64,000 bases of DNA from Callorhinchus milii (Eukaryota). Below are positions 1 through 14,600 of the stretch, piece by piece. The position numbers and the translations under genes are program-made. The notes beneath the pieces were generated by a model, which was not told the origin of the DNA, made no database searches, and saw only the letters and a program-made list of their open reading frames with translations. Where the stretch lies: contig NW_024704753.1 of assembly GCF_018977255.1 (NCBI RefSeq), forward strand, positions 4,960,001 through 5,024,000, read 5' to 3'. How positions within the stretch are numbered: the first letter of the stretch is position 1; each line of letters opens with the position of its first letter.

Positions 1-1865
1 ACAAAATGAATTCCAGAGTGAGGTAATTGTCAATGGAATTGTACTTTTATGGAAAAAGCAATATGACGTTTGTTTCAAAATAGAGTAAACAATCAGGGTA
101 TTTTGACACCTTCCTGTAGATAGTATCCTCAGACCACACTGTCACTTTTGAGAATTTATTTGTTTCACAGGTTTGGTCTTCAGGGTCCACACTGTCAGGA
201 TTTTCCATTTAATTCTATTACAGGCTCGATTTTATTACCGCAACAAACGGCAACAGAATATCGCCATCAGCACAGGCGATTATTTTTAAAAGAAAAGGAG
301 GGATGAGTTTATCAAATATATAGAATTGCTAGACTAATAAAAGTGGTGATTAGACTTAAGTGGTGTTTGTGTCTGTGTATCTTAAATAGGAATAATATGA
401 GAGCATAGATGTAGCCAATAACCAGCAGACTGACACATATGCACAGAGCCTCCCGTGTAGGATGGAGGGTGGTCTGATTTGGTTCTTGGTATTTCTTGTG
501 GATATTATGATGTAATTTCAAAACGACACAAATGGTTCTGACATTGACACCAGTCATTCACCCAAACGATACAAGCTGAAGCAGTGATGTAATGACCACG
601 TGTCAGGAATGACAGTAAGTGGGGCTGTGCTACTGGGACTGATGGTGTGCAGGAGACTGGGAGTTGGACAAACTTCTGGCAGACGTCAATGGGAATCGAG
701 ACTGGTGGCCTCTGAGTAAATGGAAGTCACAGGAACCAGGGGTTAAGAGGGGTTAGAAATTGTGACGGAGAATGTCAGAGTCCAAGGGGATTAGTAGTAA
801 ATGGATGATTCAAGCTGGGATGGATTGTAGATTGAGGGACAATGAAAGACTGGTGAGGACTGGGAACTACATGGCCTCAGAACTTGGTAGAAGAGGAAAA
901 GAGTTGAGAGGTGGAGATTGAGGCAGTGGAAGGTCTGCTTCTGACATTAATTAAGTTTGTTGGCCCCCAGCTTGAGCCACTTTAGTTTTCCTTGCAAGGT
1001 TTCCAGTGGCTTTTAGATGCAAGACTTTGTGTCAATTAGAGGAATTGTTAAACATAATTATAGCAACACAGAAGCCACAGCAGGAGATGGCTTTTGAGCT
1101 ATGTCCAAACACAGTACCAATTTCCATTGACCTAAGGCTGTGCTAATAATAAAGTAACTCTACATGGCATTCCTTTTGAAATCGAACTATCGATATTTAA
1201 GTTTATTCCACCTTGGAATCAAGCTAACGCCAAAGGATTCTCAAAGGAGAACAAGGAGGTATACTATACACCAAAATACCAGAGAAGACAGTAATGTCAT
1301 AATAATAATTAACGATGTATCATAGTTTCAATGTATAATTTATTAGTATATAAAATTATTTATATATATATATATACACACACATCAATGAGACACAATA
1401 GTAAACTTGAAAATTGTGCCCTCTATTAATAAGCAGTTAGCCCTAAATATCAGAATATAGACAGCTTCCAGTCAACATGTGTGAAGTTCTTGGATACTTC
1501 CTTCTGACGTGAAAGGTGCTATATAAATGTAAATTGTTGTACCATAAATCAACATATGCAGAGCACATTCAAAAGCCCAAAGTTAAACAATATTATTGGA
1601 CCTGACTATTCTTAAGTCATATCACTAGCTGAGTACTTAGTGAGTGACAAAATGACAAGTAAAATTAAATGTAGGCTTTGTTGGGTACTATGGAAGAATT
1701 GCAGCTTTTCCGTAATGAAAGGTTCAGGAAAAGATTATAACCACAACTTGTAGTGTACTGTAGTATTAATGTTGGTTCTAATTTCTGATTGAGAACACCG
1801 GGAGTTATTCTCCATTCACTAACTAGCCAATCTTTCGAAGTGGGCTGATAATGTGTTTTCCTATT

Positions 1866-2078
1866 AATAATAATAATAATCCTTGCATTTGATATAGCGT
1901 TATTCACGTCGGGAGGACGTCCCAAAGCGCTTCACAGAATATACTGTAAAGTGAATTGACTGTATATTTGTGGGCGAACGTGGCAGCCAATTGCACACAG
2001 CAATGTCCCACAAACAGTCATAGATTGAACATGACCAATTTTTTATTATTGTTTTTGGTTTTGGAGGGATTATTATTA
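1866..2078 (-). mobile_element. SINE 3' half (same family as 4816-5133)
   Basis: Reverse complement of the family body and (ATT)n tail. Confidence 0.88.
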
Positions 2079-3727
2079 TAAGGGCATATCAAAATATTTA
2101 CTACGGGGAGTGAATGGTGTCGAATGACCCTCATTGTAGTCAACTAATTGAATATTCTGTCACAACACCAGACTATTAACTGGACAATGTGTCAAGGAAT
2201 ATTGATGGGCAGCCCTCATCTATGCCAGGCATTAGGTAAAGTATATCTTGGTTATATCTTGAAGGGGGCTGATTCATTCAGGTGGTCTGGACATCGTCAA
2301 TCATTGCAATTCATCGCAGAATCTGAGACGCAGCAAAGCTACAGATGGATTTTCAGCATAAAACAGCAGAAGCATGGATAACATCAAGTCTGCTCCTTGC
2401 TGTAGGAGGGGAGCTAAGGGTTGATTTTCATGTCCAAAGCAGGGCTTACAGCTGTACTGTGCAAAGCGTTGTATGTCTGATTGGTCTTTTCAAAAAAAAA
2501 TTGGCTCAATTCCCCCCAATTGAGATTTTCCAAGCAGATTTACAGCTCAGAGAAGGCTACGAGCCAAGTTGTGAAGCACTTTCTGTTGAAAGATTCTCTG
2601 TGTAACTGTTTTCAGGAAAAGATGGGGTGTTGGCATAGGGAGGGAGCGTTTTATTACTTTTTCCAGTAGGTTCAGGAAATTCAAGCCTTGAGAGATGGCA
2701 GAAAAAGATTAATTACCAGGAGCCAGCCGTTACTGCCCAAGAGCTTGAAGGGGGTCTGACAACAATTAACCCCCAGCCTAATGCAACAGATTTAGGATAT
2801 TAAATATTTAGGTGCAGAGCACTGCAGCACAGATACGGTTTCTGAAATGTATTGGTGCATCGTTTAATTTGCTGTTGTCTGCTGTTGAATGCTGTGCTTT
2901 AGATGCTGCTGAGTTTGATCCAAATGAATGGATGCAGGAACCAGCTTTCAAAAGTGATGCTAAGTATCATTACTTATCTCTCTCAGTAATTACAGATAAC
3001 TTGGATAACCCTCAAAGAACACACTGTTCATTTCTGTTACTTTTGTGGCGTTTATTATTTGTCCATGGAGCTGCGTTTATTTATTTGACCACTTGCAAGC
3101 ATTTTATTGCAATGAATAATTTGCATCTACTGTAACTTACAAGCAGGATCCAAAGCAATAGTCGAGAAAATATATAGCCACTTTAGGTATGTGAGTGAGT
3201 CAGCCAGACAGCAAGTAGCGATTCCGATTTTATACAGGCAGGCTGCTTTGTCACAGCAAAATAGTGTAGAACAAATTTGCCTTTGAAGTCAGCGTTTGCT
3301 TCAACTGTATTCCGACCATGAAAATGTTGTCAGCAGGCAGGAAACTGGGAAATGAGCAGAGAATTCAATTACAGCTTTTGCTGGCAGTCGCTGTGGTTAT
3401 AATAGAGTTTTGTCTGAGCTGTTAGGTAGGACTGGATGGTGCAGGCAGGAGTGCCTCATTGGGGCTCTGCCACGAAAAGTCTTTGGCCTGCCTTCAAGCA
3501 ACATTGGGGCATGCTTTGGAGTCTGCCCAGGAAGTGCACTGAAAGGAGAGTTTGTTTAGAATCCGACTCTGCTTCTTTATATCTCCCTGTCCTTCGCATA
3601 GTGTGCGAAGCAAAGCTGATGTAACTGCAAGCTGAAAGGACTAACAATTTATTCAACCCAGCAATGAAAAACTGCTGAACTGACTTGAGCCGAGCTTTCT
3701 TTGGAAGAGGGAAAACAAAAAAAAATC

Positions 3728-3889
3728 ATGGCTTCAGCCTTCATGTGTGGAATGGAAGATCTGCTGTTCAGTGGCAGTCGCTTTGTATGGAACTTCACCA
3801 TCACAACTTTGAGGAGATGGTATAGTGAAAGAGTGAGGACTTGTCAACAAATGCTGAGGACTTGGTGTGGACTGCGTGACATTTATCAG
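3728..3889 (+). CDS. FRMD4B: FRMD4B coding exon 1 (MASAFMCGMEDLLFSGSRFVWNFTITTLRRWYSERVRTCQQMLRTWCGLRDIYQ)
   Basis: ATG at 3728 in ATCATGG context; 162 nt ending CAG|GTAAAA. The peptide matches the FRMD4B-specific N-terminus as I recall it (MASVFMCGVEDLLFSGSRFVWN...), which distinguishes it from FRMD4A. Confidence 0.95.
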
Positions 3890-4815
3890 GTAAAATAATA
3901 GCCTGCATTTTGCTGTGAATAATAAAAAGTAAGTATTTCAGTGTTTAACAGGACTTGCTCCCTGCCGCCACGTCGATTATTTAAAAAAAAAAGTTTTGGC
4001 TTTTTTTGCAGTTATTTGATCCAAATGTACATTTGCTTAGAGTTCAGTGTTATGCGGTATTCTGTGCTGCCTTTGCAACCAAATATTATTGAGCTGATTT
4101 AAGACGGGTACTTTGGTTTTACGTTTTTTAAAACATTAAAGGGTCGCCTAATTGAAATGCTGCAAAGGAACAATAAACACTCAGCGGTTACATAAATGTA
4201 CTATTATTTTCTTCAGTGAGGTGGAATCATTGAGGCAGAAAGACAGCATGCAGGAGACCTGCAAAGTACAGTATGACTTAATTACTTACTGACACCAGTT
4301 GAGTCACTTTGAGAGTCACTGTGACAATGTATACAGTAAGAGTAAATAGTCAGTTTAGTTTATAGTAACTTTAGTCAAAGCCACACTGTCTCAAAAAAGA
4401 CGCTTTTAAATCTGAATGGTCTTTGTTCAAAGTTCACAATGTTACGTTTAGCTAGTTTCAATTTGGGTGAATACGTAAGCTGATTGATCAAAAATGCTTT
4501 TGTCTCTACAGCGCAAGTAAAAAGTTCACTTAGGTTTAGTAAAGGCTAAGGATCAGGTTAACTTTCCCATTATTATCTTAGTATTGGGCATAAAGCAAGT
4601 ATATTAACCAACAGGTTATTGTAAAAGTTTTTTAAGATTAAATAAGACAAACAAATGCAAGGCAATGTAGAAATGTCTACTTTGATAGTGATTTGTAACA
4701 GATTAGGAAAGATGTAAACGTCGCCCTCTTAAGAGAGATCAATTAATTCACTGTAAACTCAGCACTGCATATTGCTAATGTTTACCTGCTACCTTTCCTA
4801 TGATGAGACTTTAAT

Positions 4816-5133
4816 GGAGTCCTGTAGCTCAGTGGTTAGAGCACTCGCTTTGCAAGTGAGAGACCTGAGTTCAATTCCAGGCAGAGGGCGAAACCTTGGG
4901 CAAGTTTCCTTACTCCACACACCTAATAATAATAATCCCTCCAAACCAAAAACAATAATAAATTGGTCATTTTCAATCTACGACTGTTTGTGGGACATTG
5001 CTGTGCGCAATTGGCTGCCGTGTTCGCCCACAAATATACAGTCAATTCACTTTACAGTGTGTTCTGTGAAGCGCTTTGGGACGTCCTCCCGACGTGAAAA
5101 GCGCTATATCAAATGCAAGGATTATTATTATTA
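4816..5133 (+). mobile_element. Full-length tRNA-derived SINE, young short variant
   Basis: Pol III A box TAGCTCAGTGG and B box GTTCAATTCC; TGC in the anticodon-like loop (tRNA-Ala-like); LINE-type 3' stem-loop and (ATT)n tail; near-identical to the copies at 40009 and 60796. Confidence 0.93.
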
Positions 5134-7409
5134 AACTGCACAGTGTTGCAGCATGACTGAGAAACCTACCGCTCTCACAAGCGAAGAAAAGACAATATCT
5201 CTACCCAGTTGCATTGCAAAGGTGTTCCCCATATTACTACTTCCCATTTGGTAACATTTGCAGTGATGTTTTGGAAAGTAATAGGAGAAGCGGCAGTAAA
5301 ATTCATTTCTTTCTAATCTACATACCACAAGGGAGGGGGAAGATAGGTTATTTCTCACCTTGTATCCTCTTTCCCCATTTGAAATAAAATGTAATCTGTA
5401 TACAATACTGTATTCTGATACCCAGGCTGATGTATTTAGTATTAAGCAATGAGGTTTTGCTAGTACTGTATTTGCAGGATTGTGACAGAAGACTGCTCAG
5501 GGATTATAGTATATAGAAACATGACAGAACAGAAGAGCTAAACACAACCCTCCTGCTGTTGAAATGATTTCTACATTACCACACAAAATCTAACTGATAA
5601 GACCACCTAGCACTTGGAAGCAATGCGCTCCAGTGTGAGTACAAGACTTGGATAACAGTGTGAAGCTCAGAATCCCTTCTGGACCATTCATGGATTTTTG
5701 TGAATGAGAAACATTTTTGATTAATAAATTAAAAGCTGCAGCTGTTGTAACTATTCCTACAAAGGGAGTTTATTATACATTACCCCCTGAAAGAAAGCAG
5801 AGCACAAAATAAGTTTGGAACACCAGTTCTTTTTGCACTAAGAAAACATATTAAAGTCCTGCCCAAGCTTTCACACTCAGAAAATATTATTTTGCCACAC
5901 TTGCACAGGAGTTTCCAAATACGCTCACTGCTCTATTTTGTCTTGATCCTTTGGAGAACAGTAACCCTATCTGAAGTTTTAACCATGTTAAATTCCTGTT
6001 TATTCAGAGGGATAAAATGTTAATTAGTTTTATATTGGCTGAGGTCAGCATTGGCAATGCAGTGGGCTTTTAAATTAAATCCACATTTTTTTTGGTGTGT
6101 GCCTGCATACATCAGGATCTGTCTATTGTCTTTGTTAATCCAACACGCACACTTGCCATGTGAAGCTCCCAGGCACACGTGCAACTCATTATCAGCCCTA
6201 CAGACAGACAGATTCCTTTGACGTGCAGTCTTGCTGTGTTAAACACAGCATGCAAGTTGGCCATTTGGCTTGTAAACTATTGGAGAACCAGCTGAAGCAA
6301 AGCCTCAGGCTCTTGGTGCCTGTTATGGCCACACTTTCACCCGCTTTTCTTCCATCACCCACCCTCCTTTTCTAAATCACCTTTTTTTCCTGGCCGCTGC
6401 AGATGTTTAACCTCGAAAAAGCAAATGTGCCAAATCCACACTGTTGCCTTGAAGATTGGACACCGAGTTCCTGGGCAGAAATAATACACCCAGCGCATTG
6501 GACGGCAACACTCATCTCTCTGTGTTGGATGCTTTCCCTCTAGAGTTTGCATGAAGCGAAGCTTTAGGAGAATGTACACCACCTCATGAAGCAACAGTCC
6601 CTTCTTGATTAAGCTTATAACTGGCGCCAAAGTCAGGGCTGCCTCCACTGCTGTATAAACATCTGTATTGTGCTTAAATGAGCACAATTGTTGAATTAAA
6701 TTCATTGCCAGCTAGCTATGGAGTTCAGAGTTCCTTTAGCATCACAGAACATCATCTGAAGGGTCAGATTCTCCCTTGTTGACTCAGAATGGGAGAAAAA
6801 TTCAACTGAAAGCAGCATTGCCATCTGTGTTTAATTAGCTTGTGTTGAAGAGCAAGTAAACATCTTTGATCCAAACTCCCTCATGCATCTGTAGCGACAG
6901 GACAGTGCACTGGTCTATGCTACAACCTCAAAAATATCTCATGCAATTTCTAAAACTTTCTTTTGGGCAGTATTGTAGAGCGAACACCAGAGGTCTGAAA
7001 TTCCTCACAGTCTTTTTAAGAATTTCTGATTTAAGCAGAGGTTAAGAGTTTTCCAAATTTCTGCGTTGTCTTTACATTCTAAGTTAAATGGTCTTGCGGC
7101 TAAAACCAACGGCAATTTCAAGCCTCTGGTTGCACTTTGCATTTCATCATATGTCCACCAAAGGCATTACACTCAGAGGGGGTTCGCAAAACACTGATAA
7201 TTCATATGTTTAAACCCTTTAAAAATGTAGACTCAAGGAGGAAGGTAAACATTTGCTCTCTGCTCAGTCTCTTGGCAGTGTTAACACAGCGATCATTGAT
7301 GTATGTCTCAGTCTCTTGCTCCATGGTATTCATAGGCTGCTTATTTTGTGGGTAGTTCAACAGCTGTTTTTACTCGGGTGACCACAGGCTTTGCTTTTAT
7401 ATAGGAATA

Positions 7410-7945
7410 TTGCACTGCGCTTTGGTTACCGCACCATTTTCACAATCTCCTCAGCTCTACCTTCCACAAACTCCAGATTATACAGAACTCTGCAGCTACA
7501 CTAGGCTCCGTGAGCCATCAGCATCACCCCAGCTTCACAGGCCCCTTATCCCCCTTCCCCAGCAGATCAACTTTAAGATCCTTGTCCTTGCCTTTAAATG
7601 CCTCAACAGCCTTACCACACCCCACCTCTGTGATCTCCTGTGATTCTACTCCCCACTCACTCCTTCCATCCACTCGGCTATTGCTGGCTTGCTTCGTGCC
7701 CCACCATTATCCAGCAAGCTTTCAATCACTTTGCTCCTACCCTCTGTAACTCCATTGTGAAATCTCTCTGGCATGCAACCTCCCTCTCCACTTTTAATAC
7801 TTTACCTAAAGATCTACTTCTTTGACTGTGCCTTTGGCCACCTACCCACTACCCCTCCCATCTCCCCCCTGTCTCCCTCTCAGTTTGGGATCCCATTCTG
7901 ACTTTGTAAAGCATTTTGAGATTTTCTACCTCAATAAAAGGTGTT
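7410..7945 (+). mobile_element. Degenerate L2-type LINE 3' fragment
   Basis: Remnant peptide PLPQQINFKILVLAFKCL; homologous to the copies at 17490 and 25770. Confidence 0.8.
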
Positions 7946-8407
7946 GAAATGTTTTGATATGGCTTTGTAAGTAGATATTTTCCCCCTAGACTTGACTAAC
8001 TACTAATTGAAGCTGTGTTCTAGTTGGTGTCAGATGTGAAATGGTGAATGATGCCAGGGAATTATAATATAAAGCTGGAAGCTATTATTCAAGTCATCTC
8101 ATGAGTAAACGGGGACAAGATGTTTCCATTTCAATAGACAGACAGTAGAAATCTAAGTCAGTATTGCTGTTCATATTTAAAATTATGGATCTAATTAGCC
8201 GACATGTTTTTCTTGTCTAAATACAGAGTTACAATATTTAAGCTCTATTATTGCAAGCTCTTTTGACATGCACAGTATCATGAAATCACAACTGAATCAT
8301 TAAAGTCTGGTGAGTAGATTCTCAGTACCAGCTAAAAGAATTTTCTATCTCGGGCTGATTTAAAGTTGGAAAATGGTTTAGCTGCTCAATTTTACAAATG
8401 GGAGGAG

Positions 8408-8600
8408 CTAGTTCAAGAAGGCAGAGTGGGTCATGGCATGGATGTCGGGTAGAAAGGATAATTGAGGGTCAAACAAGACGGCAAGGTTTCGGACTGACTT
8501 AGTAACGTGGAGTGTGCATCTGTGGATGATGATGCTGTCACCAAACTCATATTGGCCCCTGGGTAAGACGTAACTGCTCCAATGGATTTCTTTCCAGTTT
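8408..8600 (-). mobile_element. L2-type LINE reverse transcriptase fragment
   Basis: Peptide KSVRNLAVLFDPQLSFLPDI; homologous to 26060-26180. Confidence 0.75.
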
Positions 8601-11600
8601 TGACTCAAGTATTGTATTGGCACAAATAATTAATAGACACCATTCATATCATTGTTTGCACTTCAACCACGTTACCTAATTTCGTGCTCCTGGGATATGG
8701 ATTTCTTTGTGGGGGATGAGAGAATAAATGTGTTTCATTTCATCATCTTTCCCTATCTCTGGAATGGAGTCGACCACCTGAAAAGGAAGGCAGGCAATTA
8801 ACAAACAGGTGTATAACATTAGACAATTTACACCCTTTCTTCATGGTGAGGAAATCACTGAATACTCTACCTGAGTAGGATTCAGTGTTCATTTTAAACC
8901 ACTGTGAAGCTACTGTATTCATTCTTGCAACGATAATAGAAGATCATTACACAGAGACACTTGGCTCTTGTTTTATTAGAAGACAAGAAAAGTGGGGATT
9001 ATCAAGCAAACAAAATGCCATTATGAACCGTGCAATCCTTTAACATAGTTAAGTCCTGTGGTACCTATACAGCTGCAGGACTCAGCCATCACAGTGATTA
9101 AAATGTTGTAGCAATTCCTTAATTAGTTTGGGATTAGTCGCAGCATCCAGGTGGTTTAAAAGGCGATTAGTTCTGCAATATTCAGTTGTGAATCTGTGAG
9201 TGATTTAGCAACTCTCTTCATGACCATTAAACCTTTTATATAAAAAAAATGCTTTGCAACAGCGGGTTTTCTTCAGTGAAAATTCAGATATCCTAAAGGC
9301 AAAAGTAATCAGGTTAAAACCAAAAAATTCAAAACAAGGAGTAGTCCGATTTAAAAAGTCCCAACGTTTGTGCAGGGAGACGTAATTCGATGACACAACT
9401 CAAATTTTTGCAGCTACTTTTTCTTCTAATCCAGTTAAGGTCTAAATATAATTTGCAAAGACCCAACGTTTATTGGTTCTTTTTGCTGCTAATTCTACAC
9501 CAGAGTAAACCCAGTGGGAGACTGCTGTGACTTGAGTTCAGTGATGTGCATTAATGAAAATCTTCCCTTCCAGCTCTGAGTTTCACATCAGCGTTGCGAT
9601 TCCTATAGCTGTATCCTCGGCCTCTTAAAGATGCATAATGTTCCCTGTGGCTCTGCTATTTTAATGTCACTATTATTCCAAGCTTGTACCATGCAATTCA
9701 AAAGGAAAAACAGTGACCTTTTTTATTAAAAATAGGAGAGGATTTCAGTACATTAAAAATAAAACTAATGGGGAGCTGATACACATTTGTGACTTCAACA
9801 ATATATAAATACAACAATATTTACAATAATAATAATAATTATTATACTTTACAATAATATTCTGTGAAGCGCTTTGAGATGTCTCAACAACGTGATAAGG
9901 GGGGGGGTTGATGAACCACTTTTAAGCAAGGTTACAGCTTATCGAGTTGTATTGCAAATGTGACCCAACAATAAATAGGTGATAAATGGGAAAGCTCTGC
10001 CTTAAGGGCAGTGACTCGCAGAAGTCTTTTCTGCCCCACCCCCCACTTACTCTCCACATTGTTATAAATTAGTTATTTGTATCATTTCAGAAATTATTGC
10101 TTAGATGTCAAGAGCAGATAGGCCTTGCCTCTGTTACTCTGCCCCCCACACAGTCAACTTGCCAGCTGTTGACCACCATGAAGGTCCACCAATAATAAAA
10201 GGCTCTATTATTAATATAGAAGAAAAAAAAGAAAACCCAGAGGAGAAGGATGAATGGAGATGAAAATACAGTGCAGCCCTGTTATAATGTGTCTCTTTAT
10301 AGCATAGTTTAGTTATAATGTGGCTGGCGTGTTGACCCTGTTTACTATGCGTGTTTCCCATCCCCGGCCAGCTTGTCACCTAAAATGTCTGACTTTGGGC
10401 TGGTCGAGTTGCCAATGATATCATTCCTATTTGCTGGGCATGTGCTCTCCACTGTTATAAGCCAGGTTTCCTGCTCACTTCCCAATGACTCCATTTGAAA
10501 ATAAGCCAAGTGTATCCACAGGCGAGTTCAAAAGTAGGCTCAACCATGATAGCCCCCACCCACTACCATCCCTGTTGGGCAAATAGCCTGCTGTTTTTGA
10601 GTTAAACCCCCATCTTCAAATCCCACCTAAAGACCTTCCTTTTTGATCGTGCTTACGGTCACCTCCCTCTCCCCTTGGCTCGTTGTCAGACTCTGCCACT
10701 ATGAAGCGCCCCTGGTCGCTGTGAAAGGCGCTATATGAATGCAAGTTGTTGTTGTAATTGAAGAATAGTTTGGCCAGGGTACTATTGGGTGCTCGTGTGA
10801 TGGTTTTCCGGCAAATTATTGACACTTTAAGAAGAGGGGAAAAGGAGAGGGGGAGGGATTCAAAATTCGTAATGTGATCGATTCTAATTCAAGCACTAAA
10901 AGAAGTAAAATACAGATTTTATTTTCCACTAGAAAATACATGAAAGCTGCCTGTGATTTTATACCCCCAGCAAACGAAGCTCAAAAGATCTGTTCCGAGT
11001 TACTACCTGATCAATATGCTGCTTGTAGTTGTGCTAATGATATGTTCCTCTGGTTTCAATTGAGATCAAAGTAGCAGCAGTGTCTCATAAACCAGCAGAG
11101 AATGCAAAGTCCATGTAGTAAATCGTTAGGAAGTTTATATCAATTTAAACTTGTAAAAAGCAAGATTGGAATGTATTGGCAAACATACGATTAAATGAAG
11201 AAATCATGAACTTAACCACATTTTAAATGAGTAAATCCAAGTGCTGACTATTAAAGGAGATTTATTAGATGGAACATGAAAGATTCCAAACTCCTTGAAT
11301 CTTTCATTGTGCAAGCATACAAAATATAAAATTAAAAAAATATAAAAATAAAAAATACGTGGAAACGGGTACCTTCGCGGGTAACTTTTTGTGGCCTTTT
11401 AATAATTATTATTTTAGCATGGTTTCTAGTAATGCAGATTTTTTTTGTGACTTTTTGCTCCATCTCCCAGCCCCCTGGGATGTCTTTCTGACGTGAAGGG
11501 TGCTGTACGAGTGTAATTTGTTGTTTTTAATAAAAAAAATCTTCACCAGCCAACTCCATGACAAAAGCAGTTGCCAAACAAGAGGGTTGGATGGGGATTG

Positions 11601-14600
11601 GACCCTGGCATTTGTCCACGTGGCCTTCGAACAGGATAGCAGGAGAAATGTGGGAGCAACCTCCCAGTGTGGGAGGTCCTCAACATCACCTGGCACTTTC
11701 CCCAGATGAGTTGGCTGACGTCAAGGATTCTCTGTGTGGGGGAAATTGGGGGAGTGTATTTGTCTCTTCCTGTCGCACGCTCCTATTCTGAGCTGAAATT
11801 GGTTGAGTTAAAATCAGTCAAATTGCTGCAAGGATAAAAATGAAATTCATATAATCCCAAGCACTGGGACATTGTTTGGCGTAAAATTGGTTGCTGCGTT
11901 CGCTTACAAATCCATAGTCACTCACTCAACAATAAAACCTGTGGAGTGCTTTGAGAATTTTGACAACGTGACAAGGTGATATATCAAATGCGAGGATTAT
12001 TGTTGCTGTACCGGGATACAGAGGTGCACAGACAGATCAACAAAATAAAATGAATTTCTTCCACCAAGTTCGGGGGGTGCGGGAGACCCAGACTGCATTC
12101 AAGCAAACACATTTTTCATTTCACTCTGAGTTTTGGAACAATGACAATCATTGCCATTGCTAAAGGCTAAGCGTGTGGTGTACAGAAGATATTGCATTAG
12201 CTTTCATTGGGTGCTGAGCTGTGCCAACTCTTCTGATTTCTTCCTGGTTTATTCCATTATCTGAAGTGATGGAAATGACATACAAATAATTACTCATTGC
12301 AACATGCCAACTGCAGGGACCATATTATGTGTATTAATGGCAAATCTGGACTGAGGTCCAGTGAACAGTTAAGTAACACTATTATATAAACGTTTCAATA
12401 ATGACAACAGAAAGGTTTGTGACAACACAAAGCCAAAGCTAGTTTGGGAAAATCAAATTCCCTGGAGGTGAAATTAACCTTTCAGGGCCAAGCATTTGTT
12501 AGTCATTTACAAATGACAGCATATCTAATTGTCCAGCAACATGTTGACAGTTGTGGAATATATAATTGCGAATGAGAAAGTATTATTAGTATTCAATAGA
12601 ACAATGAACAGTGGAAAATGCAATAGACAGCAACTGAACTTGTTGGGGGGCGATTAATTGTTTGAATAGGATTGCCACATTACTTTTCAAATTATAACCT
12701 TGTGTAGTATGAAAAATGAGTAACGATCTTTGAGGGTACAAATCATCATGTAACTGTGTATTGCCATTTCTAATAAAGATTCCAGTTGCCATACACTTGT
12801 CATCATGGTTTTGTATATTGTTTATGAGACATGTACGACATCTTGTTGCATTGTTTCATCCCAGTATCGGTTGTTATAATATTCAAGTGGAAATCAGTTT
12901 CAGGAATGTACTTTACTATGTTGTACTTCGCCTGAATGTCATCCGTCACCTTTGGTTCCAGGAACATCGGAGCAAAAAGAGCAGAGGTCAATGGCATGAA
13001 TGATTACATTGTGTATTACTGAAATTCACCTCTGCTTTCTGGCTCACAACCGAGATGCAACAGACCTGCCATTACAACACTGAAATGATTGCATCAGGCA
13101 GTATCTTCACTTGTATCATAAACAACAGTACAAAATCTGCAAAATTGCATATGCAACAGGCCCAAAATACATGCAATAGACAAGCCTTCATTTTTCCTCA
13201 ATTTTCTTCTATCTTCTGAAGATATTTAGTGACACTGGTATTGCTCCACAGGTACTGGCAACCCTTTGATACCTTGTCTAAGTGTCAATTCTTCTTATTT
13301 GAGCCTAGACCCTGAGCAATGGCTTACTGTATGACTGTGAGGCATCATTTCAACCCTTATCTTGTCCTCATCTGTTGTGCACATGGACACTTACCAGTAG
13401 GGCCATCAGATAATGATCAGGAACCATGGTTCATTTCCTCAGCTCAGGGACACAGAGACATTGTTTTCCTTATGATTCTAGATACCATTAACATCCTCTG
13501 ATTGTAACAGTCTTGTAATATCTCAAACAGACACACAATCACTACACTTGACAGGAAAATCTTGTGAAGCGCTTTTAAACGTTTCAACAAAGTGATAAGG
13601 ATTATTTTACAATGCTCTTGGTATATTATTTTATTCATAGTATACCCTGTATTTAGATTTCGATGCTGGTTCATAAAGTGGACATCTTCGTGTCATCGTA
13701 CAAACATCATCTGAAAGGATGAACTTAAGAGTAAATCAAAAAATGCACATTTTGAATGGAATGGAAAAATGATTTTTTAAATGGAATAGTTTCAAAAATA
13801 AATCAACTCCATCTGTCTGGACTATGCAGAGATATCCTTTAATATTTGGCCTGAACACAGTAGTTCCTTTGTAAAAGACCACATCTCTAGGCTCTCCTCT
13901 ATCTCTGGTTCATCCCTCTGGTTCAGGTGCAAAATCCCCTTTGCGTGTTTTGTTGACAGTAATGTAACTTTTAGCATTGATTAATGATCAAACATCTGTG
14001 TAAAATATCTTCCAAAGGGAAAACTAATGGCAAATTTAACCTTTCATAAACTCCAAATTAAAGTAGTTAAACAAAATAATCTTAATGTTTCAGCAAAATA
14101 TCTGGGATAAAACGTTGTGCACATTATATTGTGCGTTCAGTATAAGAAGTTAAACTTCAACTTTACAGAATGTTTCAAGCAAGTTATGAAGCACTATTGC
14201 TGTAGGCAAACAATTCTTTTAGTAATGTTTAACACACTAAGTCTAGTGGAGCATTGAAAGGATTTCATTTTTCTTCATTGAAGTGGAAAAAAACCTCTCC
14301 ACGTTTGCAGAACAGATTGTTCTTACTGTGAATCTGCCAAACTTTCTGTAAATTCATTATCCCTTTTCCAGCTTGTAGCAACATTGATTCATATCTCTTC
14401 TGGGTATTTACAGGACGTAATGTATTAATATCGTGTACTTACATTCAGTAATTCGGGATTATTCCTTTCTTCACAATGGTTATTTTGTTCGGAGTGTGAT
14501 AAAATGGGTGAATCTGGATAGTTAAGCTGCTGCTGACTTCTGTCAAAGTACCGTTCAGTACTCACAGAGATCAGATCAATTGCCTAAATGCACTGGCAAA

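Noticed and set aside
600-950. Purine-rich stretch, possibly an old LINE fragment on the - strand
   Set aside because: Too decayed to assign without a profile search.
3436-3624. Upstream ORF or extra coding exon before exon 1
   Set aside because: No recognisable homology, and the transcription start cannot be placed from sequence alone.
4816-4890. tRNA gene (also at 40009, 60796, 20880, 38649)
   Set aside because: tRNA-like heads continue into a shared SINE body and tail; these are SINEs, not tRNA genes.
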